Source of the DNA: Diplonema japonicum
Lineage: Eukaryota; Protista; Euglenozoa: Diplonemea
Reading direction: 5' to 3'
Length of the DNA: 64,000 bases
Assembly: GCA_964019335.1 (NCBI GenBank)
Contig: OZ025655.1
Location: 248,001-312,000, forward strand
The position numbers were made by a program, and so were the translations under genes. Of the stretch, positions 35,801-45,716 are shown piece by piece. The first letter of the stretch is position 1; every line of letters starts with the position of its first letter. The notes under the pieces were generated by a model. It saw only the letters and a program-made list of their open reading frames with translations. It was not told the origin of the DNA and made no database searches.

Positions 35801-36058
35801 TTCCTTTTTTTTTTTTTATATTCTTTTCTTTGCTTTCCCTCTTTTACTTTCTTTTTCTTTTCCTACGAATCTTGCGCCCATCACATTTTGATTTTCTTTT
35901 TGATTTTTTTCTTTTCTCTTTTTCTTTGCTGCTGGTTTTCTTTTTTTTCTCTTTTTTTTTCCCTCAAACGAAGAACAAAAAAAGAAAGGAAAAAGAGAAA
36001 TAAAAAAGGGGGTTGGACGGGATATGAAAATCTAAGATAAAAAAAAATTGGGGTAATA

Positions 36059-36095
<37 letters not shown>

Positions 36096-36446
36096 CAGCA
36101 AAATTAAAATTAGATATCCCAATATTGGAATGTCTATAATTAATTAAATAGGAACTTTAGGAGGTGGGGGGAAAGGATCTCTAAAACCTCTACAGAAAAC
36201 TCGCTTCTCTCTTCTTTTTTTATATTTGTTTCTGTTCTTTTCTTTCTTTCTTTCTCTTTCCCGGAACTAAAAAGGGCGGAGAGGGTGACGACCCTCTCCA
36301 CCCTTGTTGCAGCGAAAAGAAAAAAAAAAGAACAAATCGCTATGATGGGGAGGGGGGGAGAAGTGTTAGCAAGCGACCACCGCAGAAAAAAACAAACTAG
36401 TAATGACAAAAAAAAACTTTTTTCTTTTTTTTTTCCCTGGGGTTCT

Positions 36447-39081
36447 CTAACCAAGCACCTTAACAACTATCGACACAAGAACGAGCACAATCGCGGAGTA
36501 CACCACTAGCTCGAGATCAGCCGATCTCTGCACATCATTCATTTCCTGATTTTTTTTTTTAAATTCCCATTCGTCATTATTTACCTTGTTTACTGCCTTT
36601 TTGATAAGCCCGTGACGGAAACCAGAGCTAAGAGCCTGGTTGCTGATCTCGGTAGGAGCCGTTGCATCGGCAGATACGTAAAGTCGTTTCTGTAGCAATG
36701 TGAAAAAAAAAAAAAAAAAAAAAAAAAAAATAAACATACCCTGATAAAGTAAGGATGGAGCCTGCACATGAAGTCAGCCTCCACCTCTGTGTCAAGGCCG
36801 TCCTTCCAGTCTGCTCTCCATTGTCTCACCTCAGGGGACCCAAACAGCTTGTGCTCGATTTTCTTCTTGCTCGCCATAAGGTCATCGTCAATGCCTTGTG
36901 CCACTTCTTTCACCACTGTGTCTAGGATGCCTGCATCCCAAGTGCCCCACCCCTTCTGGAGTGAGTTCGTCACCCTTGCTACCTCGCTACGGGCAAGCTG
37001 GTCTAACTCATCTTCGTCAGGACATTCTCCACCTTCAAGCACGGCAAATGCCTCTCTAGCTTCGTCGCGCAAATCCCCTCCTCGCCTGTCCATCACCACC
37101 TTCAGTACTGCCGCGTTCTCATCCAACACAGCCTCCGTGTTCTTCGTGATTTCCGACTCCTGTGTACAATGGAAAAGATAAAAAAAGGGGGAACACACCA
37201 AGCTGCTGACCGTCTGCACGTAGCTTGCACTGCCGAGGATCCAATCCCCACTGCACATCCCCTGCGGGAGGGCCATTGCCTCGTCTTTAAGGTTCTTGAA
37301 CACCAGGGCTTTCGCATCCTCGCAAGCAACAGTCAACTCCTTCGTCATCCGCGGTTTGCCGTCAGCTTGCTTGTTGCACTTCTTTGTGTGTCCCTGCAGA
37401 ATGCGTACTTTGAGATAACATAACATACCGCCAGCTGCTCCTTGGCGATGGCTGTGACGGTGTCGTGGATCAACATGTTGCTCTTCGTGTGGCGTCTCTC
37501 GAACTCCTTCTGGATGAAGGCCTTTGTCTCTTTCTGCAGTGCGTTGTGGTGTCCTTGTGTGCATACCTCGTACTGGTTGACCATGTCGTACCTGGGCCAC
37601 CACCCCCTAGCAGGCCCGAAGAGGAGGGACGTGTCTGTGGAGAGCTCATCGGTCATCTTTCTGAGGACGGCAGGATCGCATATCTCCGGGGTGTCTTTCT
37701 CCTCATAGTACCTGTCGACGCCCTGCTTTACGACCTCGAAGAGCTGGCCGATGTAGGCCTTGATGTTGTTGAGGTGCATTTCCTTGATCTGTTCCTTAGC
37801 CTGCTGGATCTCCATGCGTAGCTCCTGCTTCACTTGCATCGAGGTTGGCGTCGACGAGAAGCCGTTGGAGTAGAACATCAACGCAAAGTCCCACGTCTTC
37901 TCCTCACCCTGCCTGAACTCCTCCTGCGAAGCTGGGGCCACCACATTGGCCCACAGCTGGTCAGCTCCTTCGGCACCCGTAGAGGCAGCAACAGCCTTCA
38001 CAATGCTGACAAGGGACGCACCTCCCTTCACAGCCTCCAGAAGCCCGGAGTGCCTCGTCGCACTGTTGCTGGGCAGGACCTTTTCAATCCACTGCTTGTT
38101 TCCTTTAGAAATGTATCCCAGAACATCCCTGTACAACCCCAAGGCGTAGTTCTTCCTGTCCTTCATGGAAGCAGACGTGATAAGCTCCATGTCCATGACC
38201 GTCGTCTCCAGCTCATTGCTGTTGATGACGTCCCTCAGCACAGTGAGGTAGGTGTAGAAGGATGCCACCTTCACGGGCCAGTTCCTGGTAGACTCTGACG
38301 TGTCCCTGATGAGGTTCAGGGAGTACTCCACAAACTCGGGTGTGACATGGTTCATGGGGAGAGAGGTTGAGCGCAGGCTGGATATGTAGGAGTCGTTGAC
38401 AGGAAAGGGGAAGGGGGCAAGGGTGATCTTGGGCATGGTCTTGTCCTGCGCTAATTCATTGAAAAAATCAGACATAGAGCCCTTGGAATAGTCCTCTCCA
38501 GTCCAGACCCAAGTGATGGGGGACAGCTCGGAGGGGGTGATGGTCTTGTCGTCTGGGGAACCAAGCTCTGGGACCTTCTGCGTCATCTCCATCCTTCTGG
38601 AGTGTCGCATGCGGAGCTCGAATTTCGCGACTCGTGCTTCGGACACCGTGGTGGTATGGTAGATCAGGTGGTGCGAGGCACGCATCACAAAGTGAAAGAG
38701 ATTCTGCACCGTCTCGATGCCTCTGGCATCATCAGAGCAGTGCTCGCACGACAGCAGGATGACCCTCTCCCCGTTGGGCGTCTTCATAGTTGTCGGCAAC
38801 GCCCACACTCCTGGTGTGCGTTCTGTGCCCTCAATAGGAAACCCAACCGCATCTGCCCTCTCCCCGATAGCTGCCGCCACCACGTTGAAGAGTGTCGACA
38901 GCCCACTGTGGTCCCCAATGCCGCCGATGACCACAACAGGCGCATCGTCCCCCGCCATCAGCCTTCCTTGGATATCCTGCTCAACCTCCAGTTTGCCTCC
39001 GGTGACGTGCGCCACGAGTATCGCCCGTTCTGCCACTGCACCCACAGCCAGTCCCAACAACACACACAACTCCCGCAACAT
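36447..39081 (-). CDS. Signal-peptide membrane protein with degenerate GBP/atlastin-like GTPase domain and helical stalk (5 exons)
   Basis: MLRELCVLLGLAVGAVA signal; VVVIGGIG.HSGLSTLFN..GF..TPGVW..VILLSCE..SHHLIYH..ITWVW. Introns 37428-37394, 37198-37160, 36739-36690, 36584-36546; C-terminal hydrophobic helix. The 3' end could extend through one more intron. Confidence 0.65.
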
Positions 39082-39182
39082 TTTACTTTCCTGTTTTTTT
39101 TTTTTTTTTTTTAAATGCGTCACGAAATAAACAAAAATAAGAGATTTCTGGGATAAAATGTTTGAATAAATCTAATGGGAAT

Positions 39183-40739
39183 CTATTTGGGGGTTTTCTG
39201 CCGCGACAGCATCTCAGTCCCGAGCTGTACGATGTGGTCCCAATGCGCAGGGGTGACGCTGGGCTCGCCGAGACTGATCGCGTGCAGCCTTGCGAGGGTC
39301 ATCCAGCAGTGGATAGTGGTCTCGTGGACGACAGAGGAGTCATTATACTGTGGGAAAACATAGGTTTTTGCGTCCTTCATACCTTTTTGCCGTGTTGCTG
39401 GCGGACGTCGCTGATGGTTCTTGTGATGTGCTCGTCGATGCCGGACGTGAGGTTCACACACCTGCCCTTGCATGCTGCGGTAATGTTATTATATATTGCA
39501 CGGCATACCCGAGATGTAATCCTTGAATTCCAACGGGAGGGGACCCTCCACTTCCATCACCTGCCCCTCCTGAGGGACCCACGGTACCACCGTTGCGACC
39601 TTCAGAAGCGAAGGCGACTGCGACAACACAAGCACAGGCACATTGGTAGTGATCTCGATAAAGCTATACCCACAGGGGTACATCACCCTTTGCGTCGATG
39701 CCAATGACTGCAAAGCTTGCAAGTTGCGAACACCCATTTCGTTCAGCCTTCCTGTGGCCATCACCGTCTCGTCAAGTACCATGTATGTAGGGGGCAACTG
39801 CAGCTTTCCTGTACGTAGGTGTTCTGTCTCATAGTCCATAACAGGCAACCAGTCAGGTTGGTTGAGCTCAGCGACGGTGACTTGGTATGCAGCGAGCGAA
39901 GGAAGCGCTTCTTTGAGGACAGACAGCAACGGTGATGCGTTTGAATCCGTGACACCAACAATGTTAAGTGGGATGCACCCGAGGGGAACGGGGTCGTGGC
40001 TCACAACGTTCCCAATAAGGTGAAGGAGGAGAAGCTCGGCAGTAAGGGCATCGCCACGGAAGACGGACGTAAGGTGGCCAAGCAACGCAGCACGAAGAGC
40101 GGGAAACCGGGGCACAAGCTCTGTCGAAAACCGGGGTTGATACACCCTCCAGAGAAGTCCGGAGAAAGGGTGGTAGAACCCAGGGCTAAGGTGAGAAAAG
40201 GGAAGACACTCACGTTCCTCTGTACTGGGCTCTGATTGGCTGAAACCAAAAAACTCCACGATATCATTGATCTTCGGTGCGGCGTCGTCGCAGTCAGCGT
40301 TCCCATCTATGGCGAAACGCACAACATATCCAGGTGCTGAGTCTGTCCCAGGGAGGAAGGGGATGTTTCTGTTTGTGTCGATGAAGCAGTAAGGGGTTTG
40401 TTCTTTCACAGCGTCGTGGGCAGTGCGCTTTACCCCCCGTTGGGGGGGCACACCCTGAAGGGGCACAGGCACTACGTATGCGAAAAAGACACCGAACATC
40501 TCCCCATCACTCCCGTCGTCCTCCCCGAAAAGTATTGTTCTGCCATCCTCCCCTCGCCTGCTCATCAGGAAATGCTGGGAACTCGAGACATCTTGCACCA
40601 TTCCCCTCACTACCTCCAGCTTGCCTTTCTCGTCTGCATTTGCTATCTGCGCCTCCAAGCTTTTCCTCATACCAGATAGACCCCCCTGAGTGACTTCCTC
40701 ATCTGCACGGCCGACGGGATCCTCAAACCAATTTTTCAT
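39183..40739 (-). CDS. MCMBP: MCM complex-binding protein (3 exons, ~495 aa)
   Basis: KINDIVEFFG, GDALTAELLLLHL, P.MDYETEHL.TGKLQL, VLDET.M..G.LNE.GV.NL. Introns 39508-39475 and 39382-39348 restore IHCWMTLARLHAISLG...W. Confidence 0.88.
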
Positions 40740-41273
40740 TCTTTTTTTCCCCTCTCCCCTTTCCTTTTGTTTTCTTTCTCCTTTTTTTCCTAATATTCTT
40801 TTGAAGAGAAGGCGGGATAATAAAAAAAAAAGGAAGAGAGAAAAATGGAAATATATGTAACAAAGAAAAAATGAGTTTTAATAGTGAGGGTGAGGGATGA
40901 AGGGGGGGGGGGGGGGGGGAGAGAAATGTAAGGGAAGAGAGGGAACGGGTAAATAAAAAAGATAAGAAGGGGGTGGGGGGTGTTTGTGGCAGTTTCTTTT
41001 TCATTTTCGTTCTTTCTTTTTTTTTTTTTTAAAATCCTTTGCCCACTTCTTCTTGCCCATTCCTAAATTTTGATCTTGTTTTCCTTCTCAAAGGGTGTGG
41101 GTTGAGGATTCCTTTTTCTCTCTTTCTTTTTCTTCTTCCCCGTTTTTTTCTTTTTTCTTCTTTTGTTTTCCAGATTTTATTCTCTCCCAAAAACAGGGGA
41201 AAATGTGTTGCTTCTGTTTTATTAACATAGGAACAAAATATCTACAAAAAAAAAAAAAAAAAAAAAAAAAAGA

Positions 41274-41529
41274 GGGAAAACACCGTTCGCGTCAGCTTTC
41301 TTCTACTCTGTTGCAAGCATTCTTCAATTCAAAGACGGGCAAAGTAAAATATCTCTCGAAGTCTTCTTGGAAGCAGGCACAGCAGACACAAAGGGCTTGG
41401 TGCCCTTGGATAAAAATATTGCCAAGCAATTTCGAAAGACAGTGGGGAAAAAATTTGTGTCTGCACAAGTGAAACTATTGGTGCTCACAGGCTGGAAAAA
41501 AGTTCTTGCAATCGAACGGTGTTTTTCCC
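41274..41529. other. Fold-back element with ~16-bp terminal inverted repeat and nested internal stems (structured RNA or MITE relic)
   Basis: GGGAAAACACCGTTCG (41274-41289) vs CGAACGGTGTTTTTCCC (41513-41529); internal 11-bp and 7-bp perfect stems. Confidence 0.6.
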
Positions 41530-42219
41530 AAGGAAAATAAAAAAAGAAAAAGAAAAAAAAGAAAAAAAAAGAGAGAGAGAATGGGATTTGGGTTTCTTCT
41601 TTTGCTTCTCACATCGGTCTCACTAGCAGGAAGAAGAGGGGGGAAAAAAAAACCACTTGTTTACTGGATACCTTGTGTTTTTAAGAGTAATTTGGGGGTT
41701 TTGAACCTTTTCCGGATATTTGTGTGTGAAAGCAAAAGGGAGGATGGGGGGACGAAGGCGATTTCTCGCATATAGATTTTTCAAATTAAAAGTCTCCCCC
41801 CTTTCCCTTATTTCTTCATGTTCCTTTTTTTTTTTTTTTTTTTTTTTTTTACAAGTTCCTTTGAAAAGAAAAGAAAAAAGAGTCAGTTCATTGTCGTTCG
41901 TACACAGCACAGCCGGGGGTTAACCTGTAGAAGGATAAGCCGACATGCCACCACTACTCTTTTTAAGCAATTGTAATTCATTGTCAAAATATTGTTCTAT
42001 TCTTGTTCAAAGCAAAAAAGAAAGGTTGTGAGGAAAAAAAAAAAAAGGTAAAACCTTAAAAGAGGAATTGGCTGTTGTTTGTACGTGTGGAGCACACGTT
42101 GCCAACGATTCCCTTTTTTTTAGACAAGCCAAAAAAAAAAAAAAAAAAAAAAAAGACTCGTTCTTGCAAAAAAAAAAACTTTTTTTCAAACACTATCTCC
42201 CCCCCCCCCACTTTCTCAT

Positions 42220-42305
42220 TCACGCCACAGCTTCCTCCTTCTGTACAGGAGGAGCTTCACCATTGGCAGGAGGCATCATCTGGTCCGTGCTGACAATAAT
42301 TTCCT

Positions 42306-42353
<48 letters not shown>

Positions 42354-43015
42354 ATCCCCTCCAAGTAGCAAACAATTTGAGAGAGCTTCGCAACACAGTC
42401 TCGGTACAGCTGGTGGTAGTCGAAGGTGTCTCCCCTAGTTCGCCTCATTTCAACAAGGGAGAGGGTGGCGGAGATGGTGGGCTGCACGATCACTGCATAG
42501 GTGAGCATTCCCTTCGTGGCGTTGAGGAATCCCTTCAGTTCATTGGGGTTCTGCTTACTCGGCTTCGGATTTGCCTTGAGATCAGCTAACGAAGAGGACA
42601 CCGCCTTGAGAGTGTCCTCAAAAGAACGGCATGTCATGAACCTCGTGGACCTCTTGATGGCGACAGACTGCTGCTGTACTGTAAGAGAGTGCAGGGTGCC
42701 TTGTGTCAGGGCACCTATTATTTGGAATGCGTTGAGTCCGATATGTGTCCCATTTCCTTGTTTGGCGTCCTTTGCTCCACTTTCCCGGGCATCGGTAGCC
42801 CACTCTTTGACCTGCTGCTTGCTCGGTTTCACTTGCGTGCAGCCTTTGAAAGTCTCTAGCTTACTCCTGTCAAAACCATCTGCGAACCACTTATGGCTGA
42901 GAATCTCTTCCATCGAAAGCCGCTTCTCAGGATCGACCTGAAGCATCTTCGAGATGAGATCCTGTACTGGTTCGCTAAAATGACGAGCCATACGGTAGTC
43001 CCCTCTCTCGATCTG

Positions 43016-43047
<32 letters not shown>

Positions 43048-43306
43048 AGATCCTCTACCTTGTTGAACAAAGCGTTCATGTTCTGGTCGTCGAAAGGCAG
43101 GTACCCTGCCAGCATGACGAACAATATGACACCGCAGCTCCATATGTCAGCGGTGATGCCGTTGTACCCAGCCTCCTTAAGGACCTCCGGCGCCACGTAG
43201 TTCGGCGTCCCGCACACTGTCTGCAACATGGTGCCGCCCCCTTTCGGATCGTTCAGCGCGCCCCGTTGCAGATTTGAGAGCCCGAAATCGGTGATTTTGA
43301 GGTTGT

Positions 43307-43340
<34 letters not shown>

Positions 43341-44208
43341 CCCCAAAAAAAAAAAAAAAGTTGTCTCGATTTTAGTGGTGCCATGCGGTATGTGACACAG
43401 CGGCCACCCTTGTGAAACTTCGCCCCGAAGCCTCCCAAGTCCCCTGTGGTCCCGTAGAAAGTAAAAGTGGTAAAGAAAGCTTGGAAATTGAAATAGGGAG
43501 AGGGGCCACAGAAGCAATTAAACACCAACTGGAGAGTTGTGGGAGGCTTGCTTCACTGGCACGATGCCGCGGGGAGGCTACTTGCCTGACCTGGTGAAGC
43601 CACCTCCTTGTTCGATGTAATGGGATAAGGGACTCTCCGTTGAGGGCGATGCTAACTGGCGCCACGCGTAGGGTGGGCTCTCCACCCCCGTCCAGGTTTC
43701 CCCACGTGTACGGCTTTAGAACGAGAGTTTCCCTTTCGCTTGTGTTTCTCCAAACCACAATTACCAGGAACCACCACAGGGAGGTTGGAAACATTGGTCC
43801 CCAAAAAAAAAGAAAAAAAAAAAAAAATACCCTTCCATCGAGGAGTAGATTCTCCGGTTTCAAATCTCGGTGTGCGACCTGTTGCGTGTGGCAGTAGTAC
43901 AGTCCAAGGATCAGCTGTTGGAAGAAGTTTCGGGCTGTTGCTTCGTCGAAACGCTTTGCAGCGACAATGCGGTCAAAGAGCTCACCACCCGTGACCAGCT
44001 CCAGCACCAAATAAATATGTCTCTGTGTCTGCAGCACCTCATACAGCTTCACCACATTGTCGTGGTCCAACAGCTTCATGACCGCAATCTCACGTTTCAG
44101 TTGCTCCTCCATGTGCTCTCTCTGCAACTGTTCCTTGTCTATTATCTTGATGGCATAGCTCTTGTCCGTTTCTGTGTCTATCCCTAACTTGACCTGGGGG
44201 GGAGAGTT

Positions 44209-44241
<33 letters not shown>

Positions 44242-44310
44242 CCAAACCTTTGAAAACGCCCCCGACCCCAGGGTCTTATCCAACTGGTACTTCCCGATTT
44301 TCTTCGGCAT
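42220..44310 (-). CDS. CIPK: SNF1-related Ser/Thr kinase with NAF motif (CIPK/SnRK3-type), 5 exons, ~465 aa
   Basis: LGSGAFSKVK, HRDLKPEN, DFG, TVCGTPNYVAPE; C-terminal LNAFQII and STRFMT motifs. Introns 44247-44194, 43830-43308, 43058-43013 and 42373-42304 (last less certain). Confidence 0.88.
43361..43802 (-). ncRNA. Candidate intron-encoded structured RNA
   Basis: Complex-sequence island between U-runs inside the only long intron; long-range closing helix, several hairpins, terminal hairpin plus AGA-NNN. Folded by eye only. Confidence 0.45.
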
Positions 44311-44576
44311 CCCTCCCTTTTTTGTTTCTTTTCTTTTCTTTTTCTTCTTCTTTTTTTTTTTTTTTTTTTTGGTGCCCTCCCTCCTATGGTTTCGTTTTTT
44401 TTCCCCTTCCCATAAAAAGAACAATCAGTAGGAATATATATATAAAAAAAACAGTTTTTTTTTTCCCCTCGAGGGGTAACGGGCAAGGGCCAAAAAAAGA
44501 AATTCACTATGATAGGAACGAAGTGGTTAGCAACGGCCCGCGAAAAAATAAAGAGCTAGGGTTAATAAATTTGTTT

Positions 44577-45059
44577 CTACTGTTCCCTTTTCGTGGGAAG
44601 CCAATAGACGTGAGATCCCGCCTCCGCGCCGAGAGTCTGCGCATCTGTCTTGAAAAACATTTTCCCAGAGGGAGGCGAGTAAGGAATCACATCGAGGATG
44701 CTCTGCCCTGTCTCTTTACAGGCAGACTCATTGCCAGTACAGTAAAGGACAATGACGGCGGTTCGCCAGGATGAATACCTCTCGTGGCTTGTGGACACCT
44801 TCATGCTGCTTACACCAGACAAGGCTCCGCTATGGTACATCTTCCTGCAGAGCTGCCACAAGGTCCCGACTTCGGTGGTGTCGCATTCTATCAGCCACTT
44901 CCCGTCGCTCTTGTTTTCAAGATATCTCTTCACCTCTAGTTCAGTCACCCATGGCCGATCCTTCACTCCGCTCGGGTCCACGTCCCCTGCCTCATCCTTC
45001 ATCCCGTGAGCACGGAGATCGACACGTGCCTTCAGTTCTGCCAGCACACCTCCAGACAT
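44577..45059 (-). CDS. DUF1917/Bles03 (C11orf68-like, eIF4E-like fold) protein
   Basis: GKWLI..LW..GAL..MKVST..VIVLY..FKTDAQT pattern; ATG 45059. Confidence 0.7.
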   Translation of the reverse strand: MSGGVLAELKARVDLRAHGMKDEAGDVDPSGVKDRPWVTELEVKRYLENKSDGKWLIECDTTEVGTLWQLCRKMYHSGALSGVSSMKVSTSHERYSSWRTAVIVLYCTGNESACKETGQSILDVIPYSPPSGKMFFKTDAQTLGAEAGSHVYWLPTKREQ

Positions 45060-45716
45060 ACAGTAGCCGTGTGGTGTGTGTGTGTGTGCCTGATTTTCTT
45101 TTTTTTCTCCTCTTTTTTCTTTGTTGTCAAAAAAGCCAAAAGAAAATGCGATCAATTGTTTTTTGAGAGGTCTGTTTGGGGCCTAGGTGACAGTTGCTCT
45201 GCCGCTTGGGAAGCGCAATAGCTGATGACATCTTGTCCCTCGAGCGTCGGTCGTTACGCTGTAACGTCGGCTAAAAGTCTTGCTGTGCAATTAAAAAAAA
45301 AAAGATGCGTAATGGTCATCTCAAGAAAAGAAATTATAAAAAGATTACGTTCAGCAGAGGGGGGGGGGGGGGGGGGGTTATTCCTTTCCCTTTTTTTAGT
45401 CCAATATGGTAGGAAATTATTCTCTTTTTTATTATTTTCTTCTTTCCCCGTTCTCTTTTTTTTTTTTTTTTTTTTTGCTTTCTCGACGAGTATATTCTGT
45501 CGGAGAAACAAAGGGGAGGTAGAAAGGAAAGAAGAAAAAAAAGATGTCTTGCGACAATCACCTCATAAAAAAATCTCTTTTTTTTTCTTTTTTTTTTTTT
45601 TTTCCCATAGTGTCGATTACAATATCCGAAATAGAAAGGAAGGGGGTGGCTGGAAGAAAGGAAAAAAAGAAAAAGAAAAAGAAAAAAAGCAGTTGTTAGT
45701 GACCACTACTACTTGT

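Noticed and set aside
19019-43596. 11-nt complementarity (CACCAGGTCAG) between the pseudoknot island and the CIPK intronic island
   Set aside because: Too short given the number of comparisons made.
43435-43640. RNase MRP-like words GAGAGUCCC and ACCACAGGGGACU in the intronic island
   Set aside because: The GARAR-loop hairpin is in the wrong order and the 3' word is used in the closing helix; identity cannot be claimed without a covariance-model hit.
22733-44310. Truncated ORFs suggesting pseudogenes, frameshifting or stop-codon reassignment
   Set aside because: Every break is resolved by a GT-AG intron with the frame restored, and all three stop codons end genes normally.
45222-45228. CTGATGA as a hammerhead ribozyme core
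   Set aside because: No correctly placed GAAA or stem I/III arrangement.
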